DNA of 10,603 bases from a virus: the UHGV virus genome UHGV-1818536; one strand, given 5' to 3'. Of the stretch, positions 1-9,434 are shown one piece after another. The notes beneath the pieces were generated by a model that saw only the letters and a program-made list of their open reading frames with translations, was not told where the DNA came from and did no database searches. The position numbers and the translations under genes were made by a program. Every line of letters starts with the position of its first letter. Within the stretch, counting starts at the first letter, position 1.

Positions 1-425
1 TCTTCGCGTGTGGCGCTGTAAAACGTCACGTCATCCACGCCTTTGAAGTATTTCTTGATGGTTCCTACACGCTTAAGGCCAATCATTGCGCAGTACATCT
101 GCCCGTGGCGGAATTTGCGCGCAGCGAACGATGTGACGCACTGAACGGTGGTGTTAGTCAGAATGTATCGCCAGAACGCCAGCCCGATTTCCTTGCTGAA
201 GCCGCGAATCTCTGGCAGGTACATGGCGTGGCAATCGAATGTCAGCGGCTGAATCTCCTGATAGTAAACAATGCCGCCGAACTGCCCGTGCACGTTCACC
301 TCAAAGTAACGGCATTCAGGCTTGTAGTCGTATCCATCACCGTTGTTGCTACCGGCGATAATGTCGGGGTGATTTCCCACGGCTTCTATCAGGTCGATGT
401 TTCGCGTTGGTTTGAACTGAATCAT
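1..425 (-). CDS. 14: P22 gp14-like protein (ejection/assembly-associated), N-terminal ~141 codons; 3' end runs off the window
   Basis: ATG at 425-423 overlaps the tail-needle stop (TGATG); GGAG lies 5 nt upstream. My own translation of the minus strand is open to position 1 and begins [61 protein letters not shown]..., which matches my recollection of P22 gp14 and its position directly after the needle gene. Not in the supplied ORF track because it is truncated by the window edge. Confidence 0.8.
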   Translation of the reverse strand, partial: MIQFKPTRNIDLIEAVGNHPDIIAGSNNGDGYDYKPECRYFEVNVHGQFGGIVYYQEIQPLTFDCHAMYLPEIRGFSKEIGLAFWRYILTNTTVQCVTSFAARKFRHGQMYCAMIGLKRVGTIKKYFKGVDDVTFYSATRE

Positions 426-1378
426 CACTGCTCCGCGATTATCTTGATGGTTGTGGCAGTAAACGCCGCACCATTTGACTGAATGGTTAACGTGCTGCCA
501 TTTGTGGCAAGAAAGCCGTCTTTATCCACGCTGAAGAACGTAGCTAACAGGATGTTGTCGGTTGTTGTCGCCGCATTACGACTGCTGACCAACGTGTCAG
601 GAACAGAGCCGGAAAAGGTTAGCTGCATTGACCTGTTGGCGGTTCCGCTGGGCCACGTCCCGACAATCGACAGCTTGAAGAACAAGGTTTTGTTCTCGTT
701 GAACACAACCATCTTGTTGTTAACGGTGTCGAAGAATGGTGCCAACGTGCCGGATGACGGCGTGAGCGTTTTCAGCAGGCTAACAAGGTTGGTCGGCGCT
801 GTCGGGATGGTTACAGATACGCCAGAGTAAACAACCTCTGACTTCTTGCGAGTAGTGGCATACTCAAGCGCAGATATTCTTGTTGAGTGATCACCAACTG
901 TGCTTTGTAGCGTCGAAATACTTCCCTCTGCCGCTGTGAGCCTGGTATCAAGTGCGTCGATATCGGTTGTATTCTGAGTTATGCGCGCATCATGGTTTGC
1001 TAACTCAGATTCATTGGCAGCAATTCGCGTCTCGTGATCAGCCAGCTCTGTTTCAGCAGCCGTAATCCTTGTTTCATGATCTGCAAGAGTGCTTTCCGCT
1101 GTTGCGATTCTATGTTCATGATTGACGAGAGTTGCTTCAGCAGCAGCAATTCTGGATTCATGGTCTGCAAGGGTGGCATCCTGCTCATCATTCTTCACCT
1201 GTGCATCATAAGCCCCCTTCCCTGCTTCGTTGGCCTTGTTAGCCACGTTACCAACATCAGTGCCCTGTGCGATAACGTAAAGCAGATACGACTGCGAGAA
1301 GATATTGCGTGGAAGGACTGATGTGTCGAGCCGTGTAGCCTGAATGATTACCGGCACATTGAGATTCGAATCAGCCAT
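425..1378 (-). CDS. 26: Tail needle (P22 gp26-like), 317 aa: conserved N-terminal gp10-docking region, repeat-expanded trimeric coiled coil, and a C-terminal knob-like domain absent from P22 gp26
   Basis: The N-terminus [43 protein letters not shown]...[13 protein letters not shown] resembles P22 gp26 as I recall it. ATG at 1378 overlaps the gp10 stop (TAATG), with AAGGA 7 nt upstream. Residues ~67-125 are 14-aa repeats ([14 protein letters not shown] / [14 protein letters not shown] / [14 protein letters not shown] / [14 protein letters not shown]). The C-terminal ~130 aa are Thr/Ser/Gly-rich and beta-like. Length is 317 aa versus 233 aa for P22 gp26. Confidence 0.9.
   Translation of the reverse strand: MADSNLNVPVIIQATRLDTSVLPRNIFSQSYLLYVIAQGTDVGNVANKANEAGKGAYDAQVKNDEQDATLADHESRIAAAEATLVNHEHRIATAESTLADHETRITAAETELADHETRIAANESELANHDARITQNTTDIDALDTRLTAAEGSISTLQSTVGDHSTRISALEYATTRKKSEVVYSGVSVTIPTAPTNLVSLLKTLTPSSGTLAPFFDTVNNKMVVFNENKTLFFKLSIVGTWPSGTANRSMQLTFSGSVPDTLVSSRNAATTTDNILLATFFSVDKDGFLATNGSTLTIQSNGAAFTATTIKIIAEQ
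1016..1190. repeat. Four imperfect tandem ~42-bp in-frame repeats inside the tail-needle gene, each encoding a 14-residue (two-heptad) coiled-coil unit
   Basis: Units visible by eye: gcaattcgcgtctcgtgatcagccagctctgtttcagcagcc / gtaatccttgtttcatgatctgcaagagtgctttccgctgtt / gcgattctatgttcatgattgacgagagttgcttcagcagca / gcaattctggattcatggtctgcaagggtggcatcctgctca. Boundaries are approximate. The repeats account for the spurious opposite-strand ORFs at 1000..1191 and 1034..1321. Confidence 0.7.
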
Positions 1379-2796
1379 TACTCAATCCTTATCTGGCAGC
1401 CTGACAGAGTGACAGGTGACTTCGTGATAACGCGCAATTTGAAGCCGACATTTTTCCTGATGCGCCCTACTCGCTTCCACAAAACGCGTTTGTCGTAAAC
1501 GAACGGTTCATTCTGCTCAATCATCTGCTCACGCCCGTAATTGATGCCGTCAGTGGTTGCAGAGAGAAAAAGGCGGTCAGCATACTGCGCAACGCCAGTT
1601 GAAGATTCAACTTCAAGGTCGAAAACTCTGGCGTTATCCGCTTTGAACAACGGAGTAAACAGCAGGTGTTCCTGCTGCTTGTCGTACTGGCTGCTGATAT
1701 CGAACTGCAATTTCCCGGTCACGGATTCCAGCTTATCGCCGCACGTTATCTGATTTCCTTCGTAAATGAAGTCGATAGCGCGGTACACATCGTCATACAG
1801 ACCTGTTTTCAGCACACACCATTGCGGACCATTGGCGCTTGAAGATGCGTCGTACACGAGAACATGGCGTGGAAGGTGGATAATCAGCAACTCATGAGCA
1901 TCAAATCTCAGAGACTCCATCACGCCATCAGCCAGTTCATCAGCAGTGTAGGAGCGTAGTATTTTCTCAATGCTCGCGCTGGCGATTGGTGACACCTGAC
2001 CGGAGCCGATGATGTATACAGACGGCGCACCTGTTGCCGGATTGCTGATGAACGCATACGAATCAGCGAATGGCGTTTTGCAGTAAGTCCCGGCAATGCC
2101 TTTCTGCACCATCAGTGATGGCTGTGCGACATACAAAGCAGCACCAACGGTGGTTGCACCAGTCAGGGAGAAATATTCAATCGTCGATGAACCAAAGCAG
2201 ACGATGAAGTCTCGCCATGTGCCGATACCGATGATGCCGTCCGGCTGCGATTCTGCGCGATATTGTGCGCTGTAACGGTCAGGATGCGATTCGTCTTCAA
2301 GGTCAGTGATAAACCATGAATCAGTGCCGTCTTTTGACCACGCATAACGCCCACGTAAGCGCGTAATGTCGCGGACTGAGCCTAACTCATACTGCGTGAA
2401 TCCGCTGTCTGTAGGCCAGTTTGAGACGGTTTTAACCGTGCCATCATAGCGATACTCGACCAGTTGACCATTAACGCCTACAGCCTGAGATGTCCGTCCA
2501 TGCGCCATTGATACGCGACCACTTCCGGCAACATCACCGACCTCGCTTTCACCCTTATACAGCTTGCCGCCACACACGCGATATACAGCATTCTGCGCCA
2601 TGTTGTACTCGACTCCGCGCGATACACCGTTTACATCAGAGCGTTTGGCAATGCCCGGGAATGAGCGAAGATATCCGCTGCTGTTCAGGATTTCTTTGGG
2701 TGTAGCCAACATATTCACTGGCAGATAGTCGATATAGTCGGCGTTTCGAAAGTCTTTGCCGACACCTTTCATAAGCGGAAGTTGCTGAATCGGCAT
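1378..2796 (-). CDS. 10: P22 gp10-like head-completion / tail-hub protein, 472 aa
   Basis: 472 aa, the length of P22 gp10. It sits between gp4 and the needle gene as in P22. ATG at 2796 overlaps the gp4 stop (TAATG), with GGGAG 6 nt upstream. Confidence 0.9.
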   Translation of the reverse strand: MPIQQLPLMKGVGKDFRNADYIDYLPVNMLATPKEILNSSGYLRSFPGIAKRSDVNGVSRGVEYNMAQNAVYRVCGGKLYKGESEVGDVAGSGRVSMAHGRTSQAVGVNGQLVEYRYDGTVKTVSNWPTDSGFTQYELGSVRDITRLRGRYAWSKDGTDSWFITDLEDESHPDRYSAQYRAESQPDGIIGIGTWRDFIVCFGSSTIEYFSLTGATTVGAALYVAQPSLMVQKGIAGTYCKTPFADSYAFISNPATGAPSVYIIGSGQVSPIASASIEKILRSYTADELADGVMESLRFDAHELLIIHLPRHVLVYDASSSANGPQWCVLKTGLYDDVYRAIDFIYEGNQITCGDKLESVTGKLQFDISSQYDKQQEHLLFTPLFKADNARVFDLEVESSTGVAQYADRLFLSATTDGINYGREQMIEQNEPFVYDKRVLWKRVGRIRKNVGFKLRVITKSPVTLSGCQIRIE

Positions 2797-3296
2797 TATT
2801 CGCTCCCGTTATCGCAAGGTTCCTTTCGGTGGAAGTAATTCCAACCATTCCACTTCGCCAACTGGTTACCGCTACCAACAGGCATACGGTTTGGATAACC
2901 GGACTTACATTTAGCGGCTTTTGCTCTGTCCATTGCAGACAGTTTGACGAGTCGCTCTTTCCCGTATCTGGCAGTGGTTATAAGTTTTGCAGACGCTTCC
3001 AGCGCATAATCTGGAGCAATGCGGCAGGCAAGGTTGAAAATGACGGCATTGATAGCGTTATTTGATAAACCGTGCTCATCGCCCGGATCTGGAGCGACAT
3101 CTGCATCAGCGAAAATGTAGCCAACGTTGATACCAGGTGACGCATCACCGCCAAGCCATTCAGCCATCATCATTTCAAGGTCGTTGACGCCGTCTTCCAT
3201 AGACTGCGGTTCGACATCGGTTAACGTGGCATTTGATGCCACACCGAGCTTACGTAATGCCGCAAGAACTAAATCACCCTTCGTTGTCAGGTTCAT
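2796..3296 (-). CDS. 4: P22 gp4-like head-completion (portal-binding tail adaptor) protein, 166 aa
   Basis: The ORF track opens this frame at 3365 (189 aa), but the internal ATG at 3296 ([32 protein letters not shown]...) gives 166 aa, the P22 gp4 length, and has AAGGCGG upstream. The 3365 start would overlap the upstream small ORF by ~90 nt. Confidence 0.85.
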   Translation of the reverse strand: MNLTTKGDLVLAALRKLGVASNATLTDVEPQSMEDGVNDLEMMMAEWLGGDASPGINVGYIFADADVAPDPGDEHGLSNNAINAVIFNLACRIAPDYALEASAKLITTARYGKERLVKLSAMDRAKAAKCKSGYPNRMPVGSGNQLAKWNGWNYFHRKEPCDNGSE

Positions 3297-3504
3297 CTGC
3301 TGCCGCCTTAGGTTTTCGACCAGGCTTTTTACGCTGTTTTTCTTCTGGCTCTGGCTCTGCAACATCCTTCAAAAGGTCATCAGGATGTGAAAACCAACCA
3401 GCATCCAGATATTCCTGAAGCTCTTCGGCTTTCACGATTTCAAAGTCGTAGCCAACGCCTTTCCACTTCTTCATGTCGCCATGACGAAAGATCATGTGTG
3501 TCAT
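3274..3504 (-). CDS. Small hypothetical protein (~76 aa) between coat and gp4, with a charged C-terminal tail ([27 protein letters not shown]); possibly the counterpart of the small ORF reported between genes 5 and 4 in P22
   Basis: The track ORF 3274..3552 begins with GTG overlapping the coat stop. I prefer the ATG at 3504 ([16 protein letters not shown]...), which has a strong GGAG 6 nt upstream and lies just downstream of the post-coat hairpin. Its 3' end overlaps the gp4 start by 23 nt. Coding status is not proven. Confidence 0.45.
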   Translation of the reverse strand: MTHMIFRHGDMKKWKGVGYDFEIVKAEELQEYLDAGWFSHPDDLLKDVAEPEPEEKQRKKPGRKPKAAADEPDNEG

Positions 3505-3514
3505 GCTTGTCTCC

Positions 3515-3545
3515 AGATAAAAAAGGGAGCCGAAGCTCCCTCTGG
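3515..3545 (-). terminator. Intrinsic-terminator-like hairpin immediately after the coat gene
   Basis: On the minus strand, just after the coat stop: (a)GA-GGGAGC-UUCG-GCUCCC-UUUUUUAU. This is a perfect 6-bp GC-rich stem (extendable to ~9 bp with a G-U pair), a UUCG tetraloop and a U6 tract. Confidence 0.6.
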
Positions 3546-3548
3546 TTA

Positions 3549-4844
3549 TCACGCAGTCTGGTTAGGCAGACCAACACCAATTGCCTCTGGTCGTACAGCA
3601 CATGCTGAATACCACACAGCAATACGGCACTTACCAGACAGAGTGTTGATATCACCCTGCGTTGCGAAGATGCCGTTAACACCAATACCTGGAATGCTGA
3701 AGGAAGACGTTTTCATGCCAGCAAACAGTTCATGGGTTACCGGGATCGGCTGAGACAGCAGACGGATTGAGTCATCAGCCCAGAACACGTTAGCGGTGGT
3801 TGTTGCCACGTTCAGAACGTTTACCGGAGTGGTATCAGCAAGAGAGGTGTTTACGTTAGCGTAAGCCTTCTCTTCTTTTGTCAGTGACGCGTCATCCAGC
3901 GCAATCGGCTTCGGCGTGATTTCGATGTGAGTACCATCGATCACACGGGTGATTGAGAAAGTAGCATCATCAGTCAGCACGTTCTTCGCCATCTGAGACA
4001 GGAATTTCACACCAGTGAAGCTGATTTTGTCGCCGCGCTTAAATCCGGTGGTGGAGGATACGGTCACCGTTGCAACACGGTTGTCGACGTTCTCTTTGTT
4101 ACCATCGGTATCAAGGGTGTATGCCTGCGGCTTAAACTTCTGCGCACCAGAAACAGTTACACCAGTAGCGGTTGACTTGGTAACTGCCGGAAGTTTCGGT
4201 GAGCGAAGAATTTCATCAAAGCCAGCAATCTGACGCTGAATAGTACCGTTGCGATACGCTTCTTCAGGAACGCGACCGAAGATGTCACCATCTACCAGGT
4301 TGCGGCCTGCTTTGCGGTAATCGTCAGGGTTCAGGAAGTAACTGATGCCCATATCGCGGTTTAGCTCACGGGAGAACATCAGGCGCTCTGCATCAGACAC
4401 AAAATCCCAGCCAGACAGGCCAGTAGATGGACCAATTGCGCGGGTATCGTGAACAACAAGCGAGCCCATTTCAGTTGCCTGTTTGGCAATCGCTGACTCA
4501 ATGTTATTCGCCAGTTTTTTGGCGGATGCCTGGATGCGGCGACGGTAAGAACGCTCATCACGCAGGTCATCTGCACGAAGCTCGAAGAAATCGTTATCCG
4601 GATCGCCCATGTTGCATTTCACGGAGAGCTCCAGAATCCCGGTAGCGTTGCCAGTTAAATCCCAGCCAGTCTGAGTTGGCGCTTCCTGCTCAACAGGCAT
4701 CCACACGGTGTTGCTTGAACGTTGCATGGATTCTGCCGGAGGGGTGTATTTTGTCACTTTGGACGCCATTGGCGTCAGGTTCTGGACGGTTTCGATGATT
4801 TCATCCAGAGCATACGTGACCAGTTGACCTTCATTTAATGCCAT
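3549..4844 (-). CDS. 5: Major capsid (coat) protein, P22 gp5-like, 431 aa
   Basis: 431 aa versus 430 aa for P22 gp5, with the recognisable start [27 protein letters not shown]... It follows the scaffold gene directly with a TAATG overlap, and AAGGA lies ~9 nt upstream. Confidence 0.95.
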   Translation of the reverse strand: MALNEGQLVTYALDEIIETVQNLTPMASKVTKYTPPAESMQRSSNTVWMPVEQEAPTQTGWDLTGNATGILELSVKCNMGDPDNDFFELRADDLRDERSYRRRIQASAKKLANNIESAIAKQATEMGSLVVHDTRAIGPSTGLSGWDFVSDAERLMFSRELNRDMGISYFLNPDDYRKAGRNLVDGDIFGRVPEEAYRNGTIQRQIAGFDEILRSPKLPAVTKSTATGVTVSGAQKFKPQAYTLDTDGNKENVDNRVATVTVSSTTGFKRGDKISFTGVKFLSQMAKNVLTDDATFSITRVIDGTHIEITPKPIALDDASLTKEEKAYANVNTSLADTTPVNVLNVATTTANVFWADDSIRLLSQPIPVTHELFAGMKTSSFSIPGIGVNGIFATQGDINTLSGKCRIAVWYSACAVRPEAIGVGLPNQTA

Positions 4845-5755
4845 TATCGAATTCCTTTATTCAGTTGCGCCTTGAGCTTGCGGTACGTCTCTACATCCCC
4901 TTTGTTTGCTGCCGCTTCCATCTGCTTTTCAATCGCAGAGATATTTGCAGCAACAGCGTGTCCCTGAATGGGTTCATCAGGTAACGGGGCTTCTGAAACA
5001 GGCTTTGCTCGAGGCTTGAGAGTTAAACGTTCTGACAGTCGAGTGAGTTCAATCAGCGCGGATTGCCCGTCCATCGCCAGCAACTGGCGTGTTTTCTCAG
5101 GATTAGCACCAAGGTGATACATGAGAGCGGCGGATTTCTCCGGGAAGAGGCGCATGATGTCGGCACCGACTGCTGGCGGCACCAGTTGCATGAATGCATC
5201 CTCTTTCTCCTGATAGTCAGGGATATTGAGCTTTTCCGCTGCGTCGTAGTGCTTACGGGCTGCCTCGACGTATTGCGCTGATTGCTGGGTGAACTCCTGA
5301 GTTTTGCGACCCTGCTCGGCGACAGCCTGGCTTCGTGCGTCCATAGCCTTGATCTGCCATTCACTGTTTGCCTGCTGGAAGGCAGCCAGTGCGCGGCTCT
5401 GGTCATAGTCGTACTTAGCCAGTGCATCTTCGGAAAGATAATCGTTAGGGTCTGGTTGTTTTGGTAACTCAGGGTTCACCCGCAGGTGCTCCGGCAACTC
5501 TCCACGCTTAACCGCTTCCATCTGCTGCTCAAGCTCACGCTGGCGTTTGCGTTCGATGCGGCGACGGGCAAATTCAGCATTAGTTGCCGGGTCTTGTTTT
5601 GGTTTCTCATCGTCTTTCAGGACAATCTCGAAGCCTTCTTCCTGACCTGCGTTGTCGTTGGCATTATCGACAACTAAGCCATCAGCAGATGCCGCTGCAT
5701 GATTGCCGGGCAGGGTTAATTCTTCAGAAGCCTGAATGTCGGTGGTTTGGTCCAT
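4844..5755 (-). CDS. 8: Scaffolding protein, P22 gp8-like, 303 aa
   Basis: 303 aa, the P22 gp8 length. It is acidic, helical and Ala/Glu/Gln-rich with a basic C-terminal segment (...[19 protein letters not shown]), and lies between portal and coat. ATG at 5755 is 13 nt after the portal stop, with GAGAGAG upstream. Confidence 0.9.
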   Translation of the reverse strand: MDQTTDIQASEELTLPGNHAAASADGLVVDNANDNAGQEEGFEIVLKDDEKPKQDPATNAEFARRRIERKRQRELEQQMEAVKRGELPEHLRVNPELPKQPDPNDYLSEDALAKYDYDQSRALAAFQQANSEWQIKAMDARSQAVAEQGRKTQEFTQQSAQYVEAARKHYDAAEKLNIPDYQEKEDAFMQLVPPAVGADIMRLFPEKSAALMYHLGANPEKTRQLLAMDGQSALIELTRLSERLTLKPRAKPVSEAPLPDEPIQGHAVAANISAIEKQMEAAANKGDVETYRKLKAQLNKGIR

Positions 5756-5768
5756 GATTAACTCTCTC

Positions 5769-7934
5769 TTATTGAGGTGTCTCGGCTACTCCGCCGGAGG
5801 GGATTTGAACTTGACGCATAAGATTCGCGAAATCCATGCGTTGTGAATGAGTCTGGTCTGCATCTTTAAGAAGCAGCTCAGCGTTAGCACGAGCATCTTT
5901 GCTGCGCTGTTGCTGGAATTGACCTACGAGCTTGAGGTACTCACGCAGTTCTGCCTGCTTGTCGAGGTCCATATTGTTGAAGATTTCTGCAATCTTCGCG
6001 GCGTTGAGTTGGTTTTGGGCTTCAACCTTGGCAGCTTCAACCTGAATCTGCGCCTGTTGGTTCTCTGCCTTGAGCAATTCAGCCTGACCTTGCAGAAGGA
6101 TACCCTGCGCCTGAATTTGCTCTGCTGATGGCTGCTGCGGCTGTTGTTGTGCCTGCTGTACCATCTCCATCTCTTCAGGTGTTTCTGGTTTCTTCAGCCC
6201 CATCATCACCAGTTGCTTGTTCGCGTACTCTCGCATCATCTCGACGCCTTTACCGTCAAGCAGCGTGAAGTATTGCAGCATCAGCATCTGGAACTCTGGA
6301 GTACCTTGCGGAACCTTGGTGAGCAACTCCTGAATCTCTGCGCGGTTCTGTTCCTTCATACTCTGGAAGGATGGTCCAACGTCTGTATAGCACTCATAGC
6401 GACCGCGAATGTCGTTGAGTGTGACCACATTGCCGGACTGGTAATCGACAACTTGCGCATAGAGTTGAACGTCTTTCTCGCTTCCATCTTCAAGTGTCAG
6501 CGTTACATGACGAGGAACGTCATAAATATCGTTGACCATTGAGGCATAAATCTCGCCATCACGTCGCATTGCGGTAGCCAGGTTATCCTGAAACACGTAT
6601 GTCTCAAGGTCTGCCCGCATGTTCAGTTGATTGACGGTATCGAAAGCGACCTGAGAGTTTGCTGCCTGCGCATCCACACCAAGACTAGCCACCTCTTTCA
6701 CTGCGTTGGTGGCAGCCTCAAGCATGTAAGCGTTGGCTTGCGGCACTTCAGGGTTTTCCATGTAGGAGATTGGACCAATCGGCAGGTCGTTACCGTTTTC
6801 ATCGGTCTTGTTCTGCAGATAGTACGGATAGTCATCATTTCCACCGTACATGTATTCGTAGCCTTCGATTTGCTCAGGGAAGAAGGTCGGTTTCTTCTTC
6901 GGTGAACGAGCAACAATATCGGCGTTGAATGACATGATCATGTTACGAAGGCGCTGACCGTCTTTCGTCAGCCTTACCACTCCTTCGTAGCACTCCTTGT
7001 CACCAGCGAATGACCATTCGCCATACACTGGAACGATTGGGATATGCTCTCCGGCTATCTTCTCGCGGTCTTTCAGTATCTGCGTGCAGGTGATGATCGA
7101 CTTATACACACGCCGACGCTTCACCTTGCGCTCTGCTACCTTAATGAATCCACGATTAGCCAGGTCGTCGATGACGTCTTTGATATCCTGCTGGTAATAG
7201 CTGACCGGCTCACCTGTCAGCGGGTCGCGGTAGATGAAGACTTTCTCTTTCTTCTCTTCGACCTCGTAATACTCAGCGACGTAGACGACATCATTCGATA
7301 CCCACGGAAACAGCCATGTATCGTTCGGATTCTGGAAAGATGGCAAGGTGTCCGGATCAATACCGTAATCCTCTGCGAACTCTTTCCAGCCATTGCGCGA
7401 CAAGGCGTTAATCACCGTGCAGTGCTTAGCGTCGCTCTTATCCATCTGCTTGCTGTTGGCGTCCCATATGACGTGTGAGCAGGCTTCATGAATTGGCAGG
7501 CGTCGAATTACCTGATTGTTGCTTGTTGGATCGTTGTCTTCGTACTGCGTGACCAGACGCCATGCACCAACGCCGGACTCTATCTGCTCACGAACGCCAA
7601 CGTTAACGGCAATCTTTGCCGTGTTATGGCGCATATCAGTACGATACATCCCCATCAACACATCGGCAGCATCAGGATTAGCGCCGTCTTTGGGTCGGAA
7701 GAGAACGTCGATAGGGTTCCGGCGCATCTCTGCGACCAGTTTCCTGACCACCGGGCGAACAACATCGAATTGTCCGCGATATTGCAGGGTGGTGTAGTTT
7801 GATAGCCAGTCATCCCATTGCGACACTCGGCTAAAATACAGGTCATTTGTCGCCTCGGTTCTGGCTTCATCGCTCGCCATCCAGTCCGCGTCAAACTTGC
7901 ACAGAATGGAATTGAGTCTGTTTTCGTCGGCCAT
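5769..7934 (-). CDS. 1: Portal protein, P22 gp1-like, 721 aa
   Basis: 721 aa versus 725 aa for P22 gp1, with start [18 protein letters not shown]... and a Gln-rich, long-helix C-terminal ~120 aa typical of the P22 portal barrel. ATG at 7934 directly follows the large-terminase stop (TAAATG), with GGAG 7 nt upstream. Confidence 0.95.
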   Translation of the reverse strand: MADENRLNSILCKFDADWMASDEARTEATNDLYFSRVSQWDDWLSNYTTLQYRGQFDVVRPVVRKLVAEMRRNPIDVLFRPKDGANPDAADVLMGMYRTDMRHNTAKIAVNVGVREQIESGVGAWRLVTQYEDNDPTSNNQVIRRLPIHEACSHVIWDANSKQMDKSDAKHCTVINALSRNGWKEFAEDYGIDPDTLPSFQNPNDTWLFPWVSNDVVYVAEYYEVEEKKEKVFIYRDPLTGEPVSYYQQDIKDVIDDLANRGFIKVAERKVKRRRVYKSIITCTQILKDREKIAGEHIPIVPVYGEWSFAGDKECYEGVVRLTKDGQRLRNMIMSFNADIVARSPKKKPTFFPEQIEGYEYMYGGNDDYPYYLQNKTDENGNDLPIGPISYMENPEVPQANAYMLEAATNAVKEVASLGVDAQAANSQVAFDTVNQLNMRADLETYVFQDNLATAMRRDGEIYASMVNDIYDVPRHVTLTLEDGSEKDVQLYAQVVDYQSGNVVTLNDIRGRYECYTDVGPSFQSMKEQNRAEIQELLTKVPQGTPEFQMLMLQYFTLLDGKGVEMMREYANKQLVMMGLKKPETPEEMEMVQQAQQQPQQPSAEQIQAQGILLQGQAELLKAENQQAQIQVEAAKVEAQNQLNAAKIAEIFNNMDLDKQAELREYLKLVGQFQQQRSKDARANAELLLKDADQTHSQRMDFANLMRQVQIPSGGVAETPQ

Positions 7935-9434
7935 TTAAGTTCTCCGTGCGATGGGCCTGATTGGGGCTGGTATCTTTTTCTCTTTTGGTTTTTTGATGTC
8001 GCGCATCATTTTTGCGAAGCGGCGCATCATGTATGCATAGCGAACGGCTGAGAGAACGTCGTCGTTAAGCTTGACGATTTTCCCGTTTTCATCACGGTGA
8101 TAGAGGCGGAACTCCTCAAAGAATGGCTCACAGGTGTTGAATACTTTGAAGCGACCATCAAGCATCATGTCGCGCAATTCAGTGATGCCAGGCTCAACAG
8201 CATTACCGCCATCAGGCCATGTCGCATGCTCCTGCAACATCATAAAACCAGCTTCCGCGTACTGCCCTTTAAGCTGCTCACCGCCGCCCTTCTCGTGCTG
8301 GTTTCCGTCATGAGGCCATGCGGTTGGCACTTTATGCGCCCATGATTTAACTGCTCCCCACGCCTGAACGGCTGTTTTTTCTTTCGCCTTCCACACGCGT
8401 GAAACGTAGATTGTGTCTGCATCCTTATCCCACCAAAGCTGAACCTGCGCCTGTGGGTGATCCCATCCGAAATCAATCCCGCCAATTACGTAGAAGTGAT
8501 CAGGACACTCGAACGGCTGACACTTAATCGTCTCTTCCGGTATCTGGAAGATTCGACCACTACCCATCGTAGGAATACCGCGAGCACGCGCCTCTCTCTC
8601 ATGCTCTGGATAGGATGCGATGATTTGCTCTTTCTGCTCGTCGGTGTAGTGCTCAGCGTCATAGATGGTCATGTTGACCACTTTCTGCGACTTGCTGGGA
8701 TTCTTCAGGAACTTGGTAACAACGTCAGACATCCCCATCAGCGGGGTAAACGTCAGAATTGAGAATTGCCCGTATTTGTTGGTACGGGTAAGACCTTCGC
8801 CATAAATGCTGTATGGTGGCTCTTCGTCAAACCACACGCCGTGGATTGTGTCACCCTGCCAGCGAGCGCGGCCTTGCGAGTATGGTTTGAAGTAGCAGAT
8901 TGAAATGCCATCTTCAACGCCATCAGCCGTGTGATGCTTAACCAGAAGATGATCAACAAGGTTCGGAAAGAAAGGAGACTTCTTCCAGCTAATGATGTCT
9001 TCTTTCGGTATGGAACCGTAGCCAGGCTCATCATTCTCTTCGATACGACCGCACAGGATGCGTTGAGTCGTTTTGGTTACAGTCTCGTTTGTCTCGCCAC
9101 CAATCCAGAAAACAACAGGCTCATAGACACGCTTCCCTTTCCACTCACCGCCATATATACCATCAGCAGGATAGCCTTTTGTGCCCGGATAACGCCCGGT
9201 AAGGTGAAACGCGACTTCAGCAGCACCAGTAAATGACTTACCAAGCTGGTTACCAGCCATAAAACATCGCTCTGGATAGTCATGTCCGGCGTCGATGAAC
9301 TCACGCTGTTTGCTGTATGGCGTAAATTCATATAGCAGGTGTGTGTTCCGGTAGTTCTCTTCTTCTTCGAGTAGCTCGAGCAATTCGATTTGCTCTTCGT
9401 CGCTCAGGTTATCAAGAATCGCGTCCAGTTCCAC
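7935..9434 (-). CDS. terL: Terminase large subunit, P22 gp2-like, 499 aa (ATPase plus nuclease)
   Basis: 499 aa, the P22 gp2 length, with start (M)[28 protein letters not shown]... and a Walker-A-like AGNQLGKS near residue 60. The start codon is GTG at 9434-9432 (I read the bases directly), with AAGGAG 10 nt upstream. There is no in-frame ATG between the upstream stop at 9494 and residue 59. The gene overlaps the 3' end of terS by 23 nt. Confidence 0.95.
   Translation of the reverse strand: MELDAILDNLSDEEQIELLELLEEEENYRNTHLLYEFTPYSKQREFIDAGHDYPERCFMAGNQLGKSFTGAAEVAFHLTGRYPGTKGYPADGIYGGEWKGKRVYEPVVFWIGGETNETVTKTTQRILCGRIEENDEPGYGSIPKEDIISWKKSPFFPNLVDHLLVKHHTADGVEDGISICYFKPYSQGRARWQGDTIHGVWFDEEPPYSIYGEGLTRTNKYGQFSILTFTPLMGMSDVVTKFLKNPSKSQKVVNMTIYDAEHYTDEQKEQIIASYPEHEREARARGIPTMGSGRIFQIPEETIKCQPFECPDHFYVIGGIDFGWDHPQAQVQLWWDKDADTIYVSRVWKAKEKTAVQAWGAVKSWAHKVPTAWPHDGNQHEKGGGEQLKGQYAEAGFMMLQEHATWPDGGNAVEPGITELRDMMLDGRFKVFNTCEPFFEEFRLYHRDENGKIVKLNDDVLSAVRYAYMMRRFAKMMRDIKKPKEKKIPAPIRPIARRT

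Noticed and set aside
105-482. Plus-strand 125-aa ORF
   Set aside because: It lies wholly antisense to the gp14-like gene and the needle gene 3' end, both of which have recognisable products. It has no SD element and no recognisable protein features.
2796-3365. Longer 189-aa version of gp4 starting at 3365
   Set aside because: The internal ATG at 3296 gives the 166-aa P22 gp4 length and has an SD-like element. The longer form would overlap the upstream small ORF by ~90 nt and add an unrecognised N-terminal extension.
3274-3552. 92-aa version of the small post-coat ORF starting at a GTG that overlaps the coat stop
   Set aside because: That start would be translated through the terminator-like hairpin and has no SD element. 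The ATG at 3504 with GGAG is far more plausible, if the ORF is real at all.
5053-5427. Same-strand alternative-frame 124-aa ORF inside the scaffold gene
   Set aside because: It is Arg/Ser/Thr-rich, the usual signature of an out-of-frame reading of a real gene, and has no independent ribosome-binding site. The scaffold frame is the one with a recognisable product.
6144-7478. Several plus-strand ORFs of 66-144 aa antisense to the portal gene (6144..6542, 6627..6905, 6997..7197, 7044..7478)
   Set aside because: All are embedded antisense within a well-supported 721-aa portal gene. They are Leu/Val/Arg-rich in the way antisense frames of coding DNA typically are, and lack start-site signals.
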